Assembly: GCA_965113315.1 (NCBI GenBank)
Contig: OZ220365.1
Source: Podarcis vaucheri
Lineage: Eukaryota
Direction: 5' to 3' (one strand)
Length of the DNA stretch: 64,000 nucleotides
In this document: piece after piece, positions 46,357 through 59,378 of the stretch
How the letters are laid out: each line of letters begins with the position of its first letter
How positions within the stretch are numbered: the first letter of the stretch is position 1
Notes under the pieces: model-generated
Seen by the model: only the letters and a program-made list of their open reading frames with translations
Database searches by the model: none
Told to the model about the DNA's origin: nothing
Made by a program: the position numbers and the translations under genes

Positions 46357-47882
46357 GTAAGAACTGAGGGTTTTGAGGTACATAGGCTTGAATCCATGAT
46401 TTACAGCTGTCATCCTACTGCAGTGGAATGGCATTCTGAAGAAAGCAAGTGACTTTTCTGGGAGCATGATGGACTATGGCAAGAATAGATAGGTGGGAAA
46501 GCTCAAATGCGTATATAGAGCACCGTAAGCAAACCCTGGGATCCAAGCTCTCTTATTCATTAGGCTTTTTTATGTTTACTTAATATATTTATATGCTGCT
46601 CTTCAATAAACATATTTCAGGGCTGCTTACAAATCAAATTAATAGATACAACGAAAAATGCATAGTTTAAAGCAATGAATTTGAAATACTGCAGATAAAG
46701 TAGCATAAAACATACAGTGGGTAAAATTAGGGAGTGAAAAGGCCAGGAAAGGAATGGTGCTGAAAAGACATTGGAATAGGCACCAGGCAAGCCACCTTGG
46801 AGAGAGCTTTCCACTAATGTAGCACCATCGCTGAGACGGCCCTTTTCTTCCATTTCCCCCACCTTGCTGCATTTAGTGGGGACCCTTGGAAAAGGGCTTC
46901 TAAAGATTATCTTAGTATACAGGATAGACTCATTCTTAAGGACAACCTCCAGCAGTTATAACTAACCCTTGAGAGTGAAAAGGTTTTTTGTGTGTGTTAT
47001 GGCACTACCTACTGGATGGAAGCCTGTCCTTCGGTATCATTATTTCTAATAGCAATGCAAGTTTTCCTATGCTTGTGGCGAAAAATGTACCATCCATGCA
47101 CCCAAGACGGTATCAGCAGATTTAGGGTTAGGCTAAGGTTTGCAGATACTCACTTTCTTTAGAGGGGAAATCCAGTTTTTTGTGGGGGGGGGGCAGGGGA
47201 ACAAATCCTCTTAAGTGGCATGGGATATTGAGAGACTAAGAGAGGGCGGGGGGAAACTGTCGGAATAGGATGCCTAGAAATGAAAGTTTATAAAGCACTA
47301 TCTCATTGTGTGAATAGGTCACTTCCCAGTTCACACTGAGAAGCTATTTTAAATTGTCTCCAGGGATGTGGAAGTGAGGCCTGCCCATAGATATTAATGG
47401 AGTGATCAGAAATTTTAATGTAGCTAGGGTTGGGCACAAGAACGTCCCCATTGCAAAACAAACAACCGGCCAGTGAGAATTAAGCATGCTCAGTGGGCAA
47501 AGAATGTTCACTGGTGGGAATGGAATGCAGCACCTGCAACCCTGAGCAGAAGAACTCACTGCAACTTATTTTTACCGAGACATATGGTTAAAAGGCTTTC
47601 ATTCTTGAATTGAGAATTTTTTTTAAGTTGTCTGTCCTTCCCACATTAATAAGAGGTTGTTTACTTTACTGATGTCATAATGATGTTATTAAAGAATTGC
47701 AGAAGATTCTTATTTTAAACCAACACAATTATCTGAAAATTTTAGGAATGTATTCTTTTGTGCAGCTTCTATTATGTATGAAGCATTCAAATTCCCCTTC
47801 CAAATCCGTATGTTTGGTGGGGAAGAGAGCAAGCATTACAATACTGTGCTATTCTATACTAACATAGTTTTTTTTATTACAG

Positions 47883-47963
47883 TTAAAAGAAACATTAGCA
47901 AAGGTTCCTGCAAATCATGTAGGAAAACCTTTACTGTCAAAACCACTGGGTCCAGTTCATTGG
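47883..47963 (+). CDS. FAM98A: FAM98A coding exon 5
   Basis: ttacAG|TTA AAA GAA...CAT TGG|GTaagt; LKETLAKVPANHVGKPLLSKPLGPVHW. Confidence 0.95.
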
Positions 47964-49321
47964 GTAAGTCGTATGTCTGTAAAACTCTTTTTATTCTATC
48001 CTTGACTCTTTTTGTTTTATATATTTTCTTTCATGTACATTAAGCAAAACTGTGTGATGATTTTTCTCAAGGCCTAGCCAATTCTGATCAAGTTCTCAGT
48101 TTTACTTAGAGCGAAGCAAAATGCACTTGAGAAAATAGATTCTTGATTGTCCCAAGTTCAACACACCCAAATTCACAATTGATTGTTATATCTTGACATC
48201 CCTCAGGATTGCAGGATGAGGAACCCCATATTTAGGGATTATATTAAACCATAATTAAAGTAGCGATGCAACTTGGGGTAGTGCGTGATATTTATACACC
48301 TATAAATAGAGGTTACAGAGGATCTGGGTCTTTAGACATCCTGATATGGGGAAGGTTTTACTCTCCAAGTCTTCAATGATGCTGAGCCATTGTTTGGCAG
48401 GAACTATAGCCCATCCTAAAATTAGTCTTGGCATCCCCAGTAAAGCTTTTAAGCAGGAGCTGCAGAGGCCCTTTTTCTTATTCTGCAGCCAATTACTTGG
48501 AACATTTCATCTGATGCTTCTCTTCCTGGCATTTGTTCTTAATATGTATAGTTGTGTTTATTTTATAGATAAGAAAATGTAAACCTTGGCCTTTCCATTA
48601 CAGTCACAGCACTAATAGGAGCACTGATATTATAGTTCTTCTAGGAATCTGTGTTAGTTTTATCAATTTGGATTTAAAACGTTTGAGTCTTTATGGAACT
48701 GTTGTGTTCTTGATTGTGGTCAAGATGAAGGCTACTTTAATTCTAGAATTTTCAAAATTTTAACGTCTTTGAGGTAGTGCTGGAGGATACAATGCTGTCT
48801 TCCACTGAGAAACCCCTCTTCTGTTATTTGCATGTAAAGTAAATGTGAATTGAATGATGGATTAACCACCAAGGTCTGGTCTGCATGTAACACTTGTGGC
48901 TTCATAAACTGTAGTTGATCAAGCCAGGAAAAATTGTTGACTCTTGTACCCTCCCTTAGCTTCCCTGTCTTGCTCAGTGACTTTGACCATTCGGTCCTGA
49001 CCTCTTTAAAGTATGGTTTTCTGTTACATCCAAAATGGGGAGCAGTCATTTGATGTTGGTTTAACTTGCCAGGAATCAGACCGTGCTTTAAAATTGTAGC
49101 TAGTAAACTAACATTAATCTGCAAGTCCCCATTACAGTGGAACCAGGGAACTATGGTGTTATGGTGTTAAGAGACTGGGATCGAAACCCCCAGATTAGCA
49201 CATGATTGGGGAGCACATGGGCCTGAGATGCTCTTTCTTGGCTTAGTACGCTAGTACATTGCACACTAGGAATGCCTTGGCTGAGAAGCAGTGTAATATG
49301 TGGTATGCATTTTTATTTCAG

Positions 49322-49438
49322 GAAAAAATTGAAGCTATTAATCAAGCCATAGCCAATGAATATGAAGTCCGGAGGAAATTGTTAGTGAAGCGTCTGGATG
49401 TGACTGTCCAGTCGTTTGGCTGGTCAGATCGAGCAAAG
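49322..49438 (+). CDS. FAM98A: FAM98A coding exon 6
   Basis: tttcAG|GAA AAA ATT...GCA AAG|GTacag; EKIEAINQAIANEYEVRRKLLVKRLDVTVQSFGWSDRAK. Confidence 0.95.
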
Positions 49439-50176
49439 GTACAGTTTGCATTCTGCAACTTGCTTTGGCCTTGCAAAGAGCTTTTTTTCTTCTTCTGTCT
49501 GCCAAAAAAACTCTGATGGCGCTGATGGGGGTGGAAGTATCCCATAATTTAATTGACTTGTCTCTGAATGTACTAAGCACTTTTGTTTAAAGCTTATATT
49601 TCATTTGGTAACTCTTTTGCTGACACTTATGAGTAAATTTAATCATCAGCTGTGTACTTGTGCTAGGGGCAAGTGAAAACTTCAGTGTAGCTCACTGCGT
49701 ATCTTCATTTCACATGTGTTGCCAGTATAAGAATGTCATCGTGAAACAATTATTACCACTTTGCACTTTTCCGCTTCTATATTACAGTGCCTCATAAATA
49801 TTTATTTTGAACCATTTTTTCTCAGGAGATCTGTAAATGGGGGAAACTGCAGTTTTAAAATGCAGCCTGAACAAGTTTCAGAAATGCAGATTGAGATACA
49901 GACTTGGAAAATGGTTGGCGAAATAGGTAGTGGAAAAACAAAATAACATTGGGGAAGTCTCTGAAGCTGTATTTACACCTTATTTATATAAGCTGGTATA
50001 TTGTACCATTAGGCACTTTCCCATGAGCTCACACAGCATTTCTCATGAATTGTTAGTTGCCTGCCACGTGGGCCTTAATCTGTCCTTGGAGCTGTTGTTG
50101 TTTAAAATGGTAAATAATTAATTTTTAGCTGAATGTTTGTTTACATCTGTTGACTCTCTTCTTTTTTGGATTACAG

Positions 50177-50344
50177 AGCCAAACAGAGAAATTGGCTAAA
50201 GTCTACCAGCCGAAGCGTGCCACCCTTACTACCAAATGCGCTATATCTGTCGCTCACCTCTTGGCAGCTCGGCAAGATTTGTCAAAGATTATGAGGACGA
50301 GCAGCGGGTCCATCAGAGAAAAGACTGCATGTGCTATTAATAAG
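50177..50344 (+). CDS. FAM98A: FAM98A coding exon 7
   Basis: ttacAG|AGC CAA ACA...AAT AAG|GTacc; SQTEKLAKVYQPKR...RTSSGSIREKTACAINK. Confidence 0.95.
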
Positions 50345-50603
50345 GTACCTTTGTCACATTGATATAATTTAGTTCCTACTGTGCTGTGGATATTAAATAA
50401 CTTGATGGGGAAATTTTTGCATGCTTTCAGCACATACAGTGCACACTCTGTTTTTGCCTCTCCCTTCCCACGGGTCCTTTTACCAGGTTTACAAAATGGC
50501 ATTGCGGGGGGGGGGGGGGCTGGTTTCAATGCCAACTGTTCAACCTGCTACATTGGACAGGAGTTGTTAACTGTTCTGTGTCACATGTTGATATAGCACA
50601 GAG

Positions 50604-50737
50604 CAGGGTTCTTCAACCATGGGGCCCCTGTTTTGTTGGACTGCACTTCCCGTCCTCCCTGACCATTGGTTAAGGTGGCTGGGGATGGTGGGAGCTGTAG
50701 TCCAACAACACCAGGGACCTAAGGTTGAAGAGCTCTG
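50604..50737. mobile_element. hAT-type palindromic MITE
   Basis: CAGGGTTCTTCAACC...GGTTGAAGAGCTCTG; flanks GCACAGAG/GCAGAGAG (8-bp TSD, 1 mismatch). Confidence 0.75.
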
Positions 50738-52244
50738 GCAGAGAGGATCAGCCTTTCTGAGTTAAAAACTGCCCCATATTTGAGAATGAGTTCCTTGTTT
50801 ACTTAAGAGTATTTTTAGATATTATTTTGCTAAAGGTTATTGGCAAAAGTCTAGGTACATGCTAGTAATAAATTGGTATTGCACAAAGTACAGTAAGACA
50901 GTCATACTGGTTTGCAGTATTACAAGGTAGTCATGTAACAAGATGATGCGGTAATGTCGTGAAAATCCTCTGTTGTAGCTGTGCTTATCTCTGGAAGCAT
51001 ATTTTGACTTTCAACAAAGTTAGCAAAACCTAGTGGAAGCCATGTGGGACTGGATGGATGTGGATGCAAATTCTATGTCAGCCATGAATTTTCTCAATTA
51101 TATTTGAGAGTCATACTCTTCCCCTATTCCATAATTAGGGCTTGAGGGGGTCCCCTGCGCTACACTGGCTGCTCTCCCCACTTTCTCTCCCCCACACACC
51201 CTGGCCCCTCTGGGGAAATAGTGATTATCTAGTGTCCATTGCCAGCACTTGCCAGAGCAGTGCACCCAGCAGAACACTTTTTAAAGTTGTTTTTTTTAGG
51301 TGGTGACCAGTGTATGCTAGCCCCAAAGTACCCATGCGAAGTGTTGATGCCGTGCCTGTTTTCTAATGCACTGCCACTCCCCTATATCTCTTGCTGCCAC
51401 AATGTAGTCATTTAGGTATCCCAAACAAAGCCCCCACTATACAAGGACTACCACTACCTCTTCAAGACTAAGTATTTTCAGAAATGAAAAAAATACAGCC
51501 AAAGCTTCCTTAGATTTAAAGCAAAAGAGCAATAAATCGCTGAGTCCCAAAATGTAAAATCTATCTGGAAGATACCTTATGTCAATAAGAGAAAATATCT
51601 AACAGAAAATTTAAAAATGAAACGTAATGGGCAAGGAAGCCCATTTTTTTCTGCATTCCAGATGTGGACCATCTCTATCCCTAAGCACTGCTATAATAAA
51701 GGATTGTATCTTGATCTGCTGAAAGATCCTTCCCACCCCCCTTCTTCAGTACATCACCTCTGTACACTTCCATTTCAACTCCTTTTTTTAAAGTACAGTG
51801 TTTTCAGATTATTAAATAGTGTTATAAATTATTCAGGTACCAGGGATGCTTTGTGACTGGCGTGGGTCCAGTTGCAATCACATGGAGATCTCTGGATGCC
51901 AGGCTGGCAACTGGTAAAAGCCAAATGTCACTTAGACTCAGGTCCTTAGAGAAGGATCTGAAATATTTTCCTTGAAGTTTGAATTTGTTTTATTCTGGAT
52001 TGCTTTATTTGATGTGTTGTAAACCACTTTTAGATTTGTTCTTTAAAATATAAAGCGGTATAGAAATGAAATGAATAATATCAATTGCAAAAAAAGCAGG
52101 TAGACATTCCATTGTGGCACCCATAACCTAGGTTTAAGGTGCCATTTGGCGATTAGCTTAGATATCAGAGTTTTTAACACTGTACGTAGTGCAGTTCTTC
52201 CCTTGTGTTAATTCTTCCAACACATTGCCTTCTTTTGCTTTTAG

Positions 52245-53021
52245 GTATTAATGGGCCGAGTGCCTGACAGAGGTGGCAGACCCAATGAAATTGAACCTCC
52301 TCCTCCCGAAATGCCACCGTGGCAAAAAAGGCAAGATGGTCCTCAGCAGCAAAGTGGTGGAGGCAGGGGTGGCAGAGGTGGCTATGAGTCGTCCTACGGA
52401 GGTCGTGGAGGTTATGAGCAAGGGGGCCATGACCGAGGAGGCCGCGGAGGATATGACCAAGGAGGCTACGACCGTGGCAGCCGCGGAGGGTACGACTCAT
52501 CCTACGGAGGCCGTGGAGGCCATGAACACGGGGGTCACGAGCGAGGAGGGCGAGGACGTGGTGGCTATGACTATGGAGCCAGAGGGGGAGGCAGAGGAGG
52601 CAAACCCCAAGGAGGCTGGACTGATGGTGGAGGAAGTGGCTATCAAGATGTCAACTATAGGGATAGTAACTACAGAGACACAAGCTTTCAAACTGGGGGT
52701 TATCACGGTGGTGGCGGCTATCAAGGAGGTGGCTATGGTGGTTATCAATCTTCATATTCAGGAAGCGGATATCAAGGTGGTGGCGGCAGCTACCAGCAAG
52801 ACAACAGATATCAAGAAGGGCACTCCAATGATCGAGGTGGAGGCCGCGGAGGAGGCCGGGGCCGTGGTCGTGGCGGCCGTGGCGGGCAAGGAGGTGGCTG
52901 GGGGGGAGCAAGAGGTGCACAGAACTTTAATCAAGGGGGGCAATTTGAGCAGCACTTCCAACATGGGGGATATCAGTACAATCAGTCTGGATTTGGACAA
53001 GGAAGACACTTCACAAGCTGA
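52245..53021 (+). CDS. FAM98A: FAM98A coding exon 8 (RGG/YG-rich low-complexity tail)
   Basis: ttttAG|GTA TTA ATG GGC; VLMGRVPDRGGRPNEIEPPPPEMPPWQKRQ...FEQHFQHGGYQYNQSGFGQGRHFTS*; summed CDS 1665 nt = 554 aa. Confidence 0.97.
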   Translation, partial: VLMGRVPDRGGRPNEIEPPPPEMPPWQKRQDGPQQQSGGGRGGRGGYESSYGGRGGYEQGGHDRGGRGGYDQGGYDRGSRGGYDSSYGGRGGHEHGGHERGGRGRGGYDYGARGGGRGGKPQGGWTDGGGSGYQDVNYRDSNYRDTSFQTGGYHGGGGYQGGGYGGYQSSYSGSGYQGGGGSYQQDNRYQEGHSNDRGGGRGGGRGRGRGGRGGQGGGWGGARGAQNFNQGGQFEQHFQHGGYQYNQSGFGQGRHFTS

Positions 53022-54026
53022 GGCTGCAAAAGCTTCCATTTGGGCAGAGCTCATGTAATAGATTTTCTATGGTTTTCTTTCTGAATTAGTACCAGGCCAT
53101 GTCAGGCTGCTTCCGGAAAATGATTACTTTTGAGCACCTGCGAAAGGTGCGCATAAGTCTGATGCTGCCTAAAATGCAGCATTTCAACTCCAGGAAGCTC
53201 AGAACTTTGACAGCAGCCCTGGTTCTGTTCACTAAAGGAAAATTGAGTACATGTCTGTCACACCTTTAATATGCAAACTAGGATGTCTGTCGGTTTTTAC
53301 ATGAGCTCATTCTTCCTTTAAGAATCTTCCGCTCTTCAAGCCACTTTGAATATTGCTCTTCACCCTGATTTTCTGTAGACAACAAGCTGACTTCAAACCT
53401 GTATTGTAAAGCTGCAGGTGTGTGTAGTTAGTTGTGTGCAAGACCCTTTGAAGTGGGTTGGATTTCTGCATTTGTAACTGCACAGAATTGCAGCCTACTT
53501 CACGGGGTCCATGTCTATTATATGAGCTCTACTGCTGATGACTTGTTCAATAGCCTTATCTCTCATTGATCAAAACCACACTCATGTCCCCATCAGAGAC
53601 CCAACCACTGTCATGCCACGCAAAGGTCATATAACAAACCGAGCTAAGTTGTGAACAGATAGTATATGTAGCCTTGTGCTTCAGCATAATTCAGATTCAT
53701 TTCACACACCAGAAAACAGTTGATCCCCTGACCAGCCTAATTTTTACTTGAAATTAGCGAGCAGTAATGGCAAGCTGAAACTTGTTTTGTGCACGAGTTA
53801 ATACCACTGATCAGCAATTATAGGATGGTTTCAATTTTTGGCATCTAACTTAAGACAAAATGCCCTTCAGGTGGGATTGTTACAGTTTTCCTTACTAAAA
53901 GTTACATCAGTGCGCCTTGCCTGGGGGTTTTTTGTGTATGAGTGTGAGTGTGCGTGTGTGTACAGAAACATTGTCAAGCTGTGAAAGAAAAATGGCTGAA
54001 GGTGTGCTATTGTATAAAAGGTGAGC

Positions 54027-54032
54027 AATAAA
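54027..54032 (+). terminator. FAM98A polyadenylation signal
   Basis: AATAAA about 1 kb after the stop, followed by a GT/T-rich tract (ttggtttgtttc). Confidence 0.75.
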
Positions 54033-57008
54033 AGTATCTGTTCTCCTATTGGTTTGTTTCTCTTTACCTTTCAGTTGGTGCACGGGTTACCAATATTTTT
54101 GAGCTAGCAGGCACAGCTTGACTTTAGAGAAAATGCTGTGGATGCTAGCAGCAAAATGGTTGCCACTGGGCATGGACCAAGTTTGGAAAGAGTAGACAGT
54201 GCTGCTGCCCAAGTGTCAGGCTTTCCATGGGAAGTAAGCTTTTGTCCTGAGTGTCGCCGTCACACCACAGTTGTTAAAATACACATGGCCACACACTGCA
54301 CACACACAAACCACAAACACCTGCCACTCAGGTGTACACAACATTTCTCCCTCTTGGAGAGACAACACAGTATTCATACTGCCTTTCCTTCCTCACCTAC
54401 TTCTCTCTCACAGAGGCCACACATCCATGCATCTGACCCACACGCACAGACCACATTTACTTCTCTCCCAAGTGCACATTTCCCTCTTGCGTGCACAAGG
54501 GGGGGTTGGCAGGAATAGTTAAACACTAGACAGGTGGAACAGGCTGTCTCACCTATATATTTTGCCTCCTAGATTTTAAGAATGCGAGACATTTAATGGT
54601 TTCCATCAGAGGTCAAAAAGCTCCTTGCAAATAGGGATGGGGCTTCTCACCTGTCTGCCTGTTTCTTGGTTGTAGCAAGTAGAACAGCTAGTAGTGGCAG
54701 GGAACTGGAAGGCGGTGGTTCTGCCCCTTCAGGTGTATTGATCACAAGCAATTTTTTATCCTAAATGCTATTATAGGTCAAGGAGTATAAACGTTATGTT
54801 TCCCTGCATAGAACATATTCATAGCCAAGTTGCTAATTCTCATGGATGTATAAAACATCTTGATCAAGTGTTGGCAAGTGTTTTTAAACTGCTTTAAAAA
54901 ATGAGAGGAGAGTGGGCTATCATTCTATTGTATGCCTAGAAATCAGCTTTGTACTTGCTCCTCTTCCCTGACCTTGGGACTCAGTTTCAGTTTCCCTATA
55001 TGGTATTCTCCTTTCCCTTTTGCCACCAAAGTCTTTAACCAAGAAAGACACCCTAAATTCACCATAGACCTGAATTTTGTAAACATACTAAGATACGGAA
55101 AGCAAGTAAATGCATGCAATTTAACTCAGTATGTGTATTTTATACTTTGATTAGAAGGTCAATTGCATTTAATTGCTTTGCATATCTTATTAGAAGTACA
55201 TTAATTCTTATTTATGTGTAAGGTATAGATTACTTGTAAACCGTAACCCATTAGCATTAGGTATGTATAGCTTGGAAATCAACAGACTTAACACAGAATA
55301 AGATTGTGGGCACAGAATTCTGGAGCCCACTGTACCTCCGACTTGGCAAAAATTCAAAAATATGTCACAGTATACATACTGGCATCACAATGGTCAATCA
55401 AGTTGTCAAGGTTTTTATGACCACTAGGTGTTGCTCCTGATCCACAAGTAAAAAAAAAAAGCAACAAAGAAAGGTGGTTCTTGATTCCTACTAATAGACT
55501 GAAGTGGTTTCTGTGTTCCATGTCCTAGAAAATGATGCATCCTTGTCTCCACGTGGCGTTAAATTACTGCATCTCTGTGCAGATGGGTTTTGGTCTCAGA
55601 AAGCCTTGGGTTTTTAATGCAATCTTTCTATGCCATACCGCAAAAGATATTGAAAGTAAAAAAAAAAGGGGGTCAGTATAAACATTGCTGATTCAGTGCA
55701 AGGAACTAGGGTGAGATTTTCAAGTAGCTTGGTATCTCTGAATTCCTTGTCACGGTTTTCTGGGAACCAGCAGTGCTTAGGATAGGCTGTGAGACTAGTT
55801 TTCAGAGATCTTTGAATAAGTTACACATACCCATGAAAATGCAAAAGAACTTTGTTATAGAACATGAAGGCATTCTGCTTGCACAGGTGAAACGTGCAGT
55901 AGTGCCGTTTAATCTACCATGTTAATTGAACAATGAGTTAACACTAGGTGAACATAATTGTGCTTGAATAAAATGCTTCTTGCTCCTTAGTAGCATGAGA
56001 TTCGATCCGTAACAAAATTGTGTTAGAGAGGCAGTCTGAAGTGGCTATGGAATTGGGATGGATGTGCAGATACCAGACTCAAATGGGGCCTTTCTCAAGT
56101 TACCTCTGGCTCCTTTTCAACAACTTGCTTTGTTGTCAACAGTCGCAGACTGGAAGTATGTGGGCAAGGCCAATTATGCTGGTCATTTTCCTTCCTGGTG
56201 ATTATATACAGCTATTTAAAAAAATTATGTGGTTAGCCCTGTTCACATGGTGCTGGCTATAGGATACCATGAGTCTTTTCGAGCTATGAAATGATTGTAC
56301 AAGAGGCTGACCAGCAGATGGAAAAAGATTTACAGTATGTGAGTGGCTGTCATCGTATGGTTCCAGGATACATCTAAATGACACATGGAAAGCTGCCTTG
56401 TACTGAATCACAGCATTGACCCATCTAGTTCAGCATTCTCCATGTTGATTGGCAGTGCCCCTCCAGATTTTCAGGGGGTTTTGGTTCTGGCAGAATTTGT
56501 GTAATACTGCCAGTTATTTTTGTAGTCTCAATAGTTCAGGGAAACCCTTGGCACAAGGTCCTGTATGCATCATTTATCAAACATTACTGTTGCTGGTGCA
56601 TCCTTGGACAGTTCCAAAGATCAGTCAGGAACTGTTTAACCAGTTAGGTAAATTAATTAGAGGGGATGCCTATTCTCTAGCATAGCATAAATATAAAAAC
56701 TACAGAATTCTTTTTTATATGCATCTAGCTTTCTCTGGCTTTTAGTAGTGTAGTAACACGGAAGATACCTCTAATCCAAGTATCTGGGTGCAATACAGAG
56801 GGTCGGTAAATTGCAGAATAAAACATTCTGACACAATGTTATGGGGACAGTGTTTCTCATTTTCTAGCCAGGAAAGCTTAGCTCAGGCAGGCAATAGCTT
56901 ACCCATGTAATTTGGTTTGATAAATGATCTCTGCAGAAGGACACACTGCTTCGGTATATTCTTGAGTTGCATTAAACATTCTGTACTGCATTTTATGAAA
57001 TCAAGTGT

Positions 57009-57014
57009 TTTATT
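57009..57014 (-). terminator. candidate proximal RASGRP3 polyadenylation signal
   Basis: TTTATT on plus = AATAAA on minus, about 0.9 kb past the stop; a distal ATTAAA exists at 55173-55168. Confidence 0.5.
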
Positions 57015-57898
57015 TAGGTAACTTCTAGTGTGCTGAAAAGAGTAAAAACAAAACACCAGTAACCATTAAACTAAAATGTGTACTACCTGATCCTTCTTCA
57101 TAAGGCATAGCACTTGAAAAGTCTTTTCTCTCTCTCTCTCTCTAGTTCCTTCAATGACTCATCATAGCACCTGTATTCCATAAGCCTTTCCACATCTGGT
57201 ATATGTTGAAGGTGACATCTTCCAGTGAACTATTGCTGGGAGACTTTGTAGCACACACAACAGTAGCTTGTTACAAATTTAATGGAGAAAAATGTAAACC
57301 TCTTCCAAACTTCGTTGGGGTGGGGACAAAACAAAACATTCTGGCGAAAGCTGGAAATGAAATGACTGTGCAGAGGTATTCTTTGTGATAAGAGAATCTC
57401 TAGGCTGTGCAAGTCTTCAAGTGCCACCCATTTATGATGTAGCTGTCAGTGCCAGACAAAGAATGCGGTCTCAAAGAAAAGAACTGGGGAAAGCACATTG
57501 TCCATATCGGAACGTGTGCCATTAACAAATACCAAAATATTAACATGTGCCCGGCAGGTTTCCACAACTGTGATTGCTGCAGATGCCAAGGTGTTCTTGC
57601 TGGTGAAATAGTCTGGAACCACAGTTGCCCAAGAAATAGAAACAAATAATGATACGCTGGAGCTATAACACTCCTTTGTTTTCTGTCTGTGCAAGACTGA
57701 TCAAACTACTTAACCTATGTGAACAAAAATAAATACGGTAACTGTCATTAAATTTCTTTCACAGGTGATTTTGGAAAAAAGCAAACTGCTGAATTTGACA
57801 ATGGAATGATGTTCAACCAAATCTGGAAATTTATGGAATATCGCATTGTACTTCCTTGAACTATCTTCCAGCTTTGCAGCAGCAGCAGCAGCAGCCAC

Positions 57899-57907
57899 TC
57901 AACTAGC
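57899..57907 (-). CDS. RASGRP3: RASGRP3 terminal exon, coding part (A-S-stop)
   Basis: tttttgtttgttacAG|GCT AGT TGA; phase 0 matches the previous donor; parallels the two-residue last exon I recall for the human gene. Confidence 0.75.
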   Translation of the reverse strand, partial: AS

Positions 57908-58467
57908 CTGTAACAAACAAAAAATGAGATAATATATATTAGTTCTTAATACAGAGGTACCTCTGGATGCGAACAGGATGCCAAGGTGGCATATGCTAGA
58001 TTGCAAATTAATCATGCTACCTGATGTTAAAAATCAATAACAAAAATCCATCCCCAACTCTGGGGAGCAAAATAATCTAGGCTCATACAATGCTATGAGA
58101 AGAGGTTTTTTTATATATAAAGTGAGCAGGCAGTCTGAACCAGTAAAAGCTGCACCCTGTGACATTAGGTTATACAAATTAACTCTCAAGCCAGTATTCC
58201 AATTGCCATGCTTTAATTTGATTTATTCTATTTAAATATTTTGATCAGAACATGAACCTATATGTGTATTTACATATAACAGGATGCACAACTGCCACAG
58301 TGGCAAAAAAATTCCACAGATAAATTAAGTTAATGCTCATGGTCTTGAATGGTGAGCATTTGTCCTGCCCCATCTAAGAAAATTCTTAGGCACGACTTGA
58401 ATTGTAGCACTTCAGAGAAAACACAGAAGCCCTGTCAGTAAACATTTAATGACATCCTATAACCCAC

Positions 58468-58832
58468 CTCCATTTCCTGTCTTTCTAGGAGCGTTTCTGT
58501 TCCATTCTGGTCCAACACATGTGCTGTAGTTCCTACTGCAGTGTCCATATTGGCTTGAATGTTCGATTTTTCATTCTCCCACTTTGCAAAGCCTTTATTC
58601 TTTCCCGATTTCCCATGGAGTTTGGACTTCATTTTGGGGAAGGTGTGTGGTCCTGAATCTCCCCAACCAGACTCATGCCACAGCGGCTCTGTCTGGGTTG
58701 CTTGGCTGGTGGTTACCCGCTGTAGATGGACCGAAATCTTTCGAGAATTGCCAGTGACGAGTGTGATTGCTCTGCTGTCTAGATCCTGATTTTGTGGAGT
58801 TACACTAGGAAAGTTAAATACTTCACCTTGCA
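58468..58832 (-). CDS. RASGRP3: RASGRP3 penultimate exon
   Basis: ctttgtAG|TG CAA GGT...ATG GAG|GTgggt; DLDSRAITLVTGNSRKISVHLQRVTTSQATQTEP (LC8-binding-type ATQT), GWGDSGPHTFPKMKSK. Confidence 0.93.
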
Positions 58833-58984
58833 CTACAAAGGGGAAGAAAGAAGCAGAGATTAATTTTACTAATAACATTGTCTCCTTCAATCCAATCACC
58901 TTTTTCTACCAGGGGTAGGGAACCCATGGTCTTCCAGCTGTTCTTCACCAGCCCCAGCCAGAATGGCGAATGATTCCATGCAGA

Positions 58985-59378
58985 CCACAAGGTTAACATG
59001 AGTCAACAGTGTGATGCAGCAGCAAAAAAACCCCTCATGCTATTCTAGGCTGCATCAACAGAAGTATAGGGTCCTGATCAAGGGCAGACCTTTAAGAAGG
59101 ATATTGAACATGTGCAGAAGACGGCAAACAATATTATCAAAGGTCTGGAAAACAAGCCTTATGAGGAACAGTTGAGGGAGTTAGGTATGTTTAGCATGAT
59201 AAAGAGGAGACTGAAAGGAGATATGCTAGCCATCTTAAAATATCTAAAGGGCTGTGACATGGAAGATGCAGCAAGCTAGTTTTCTCCTGCTCCAGAGTAT
59301 AGGATTTGAACCAATGCATTCAAGTTACAAGAACGGAGATTCCAACTAAACATTCAGAAGCACTTTCTGATGGTAAGG
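58985..59378 (+). mobile_element. CR1 LINE 3' fragment
   Basis: aacatgagtcaacagtgtgatgcagcagcaaaaaa...attctaggctgcatcaacag and ttatgaggaacagttgagggagttaggtatgtttagc are CR1 ORF2 C-terminal signatures. Confidence 0.85.

Noticed and set aside
52273-53058. 261-aa +1-frame ORF overlapping FAM98A exon 8 as a dual-coding region
   Set aside because: Stops in the +1 frame need NTA/NTG codons (Leu, Ile, Val, Met), which the G/R/Y/Q tail nearly lacks, so the open frame is explained by composition; it also starts at GTG.
57710-57898. Poly-Ala ORF right after the RASGRP3 stop as readthrough or a new gene
   Set aside because: Produced by a short (GCT)n microsatellite in the 3'UTR; the stop context TGA-GTG is not the TGA-CTAG readthrough motif.
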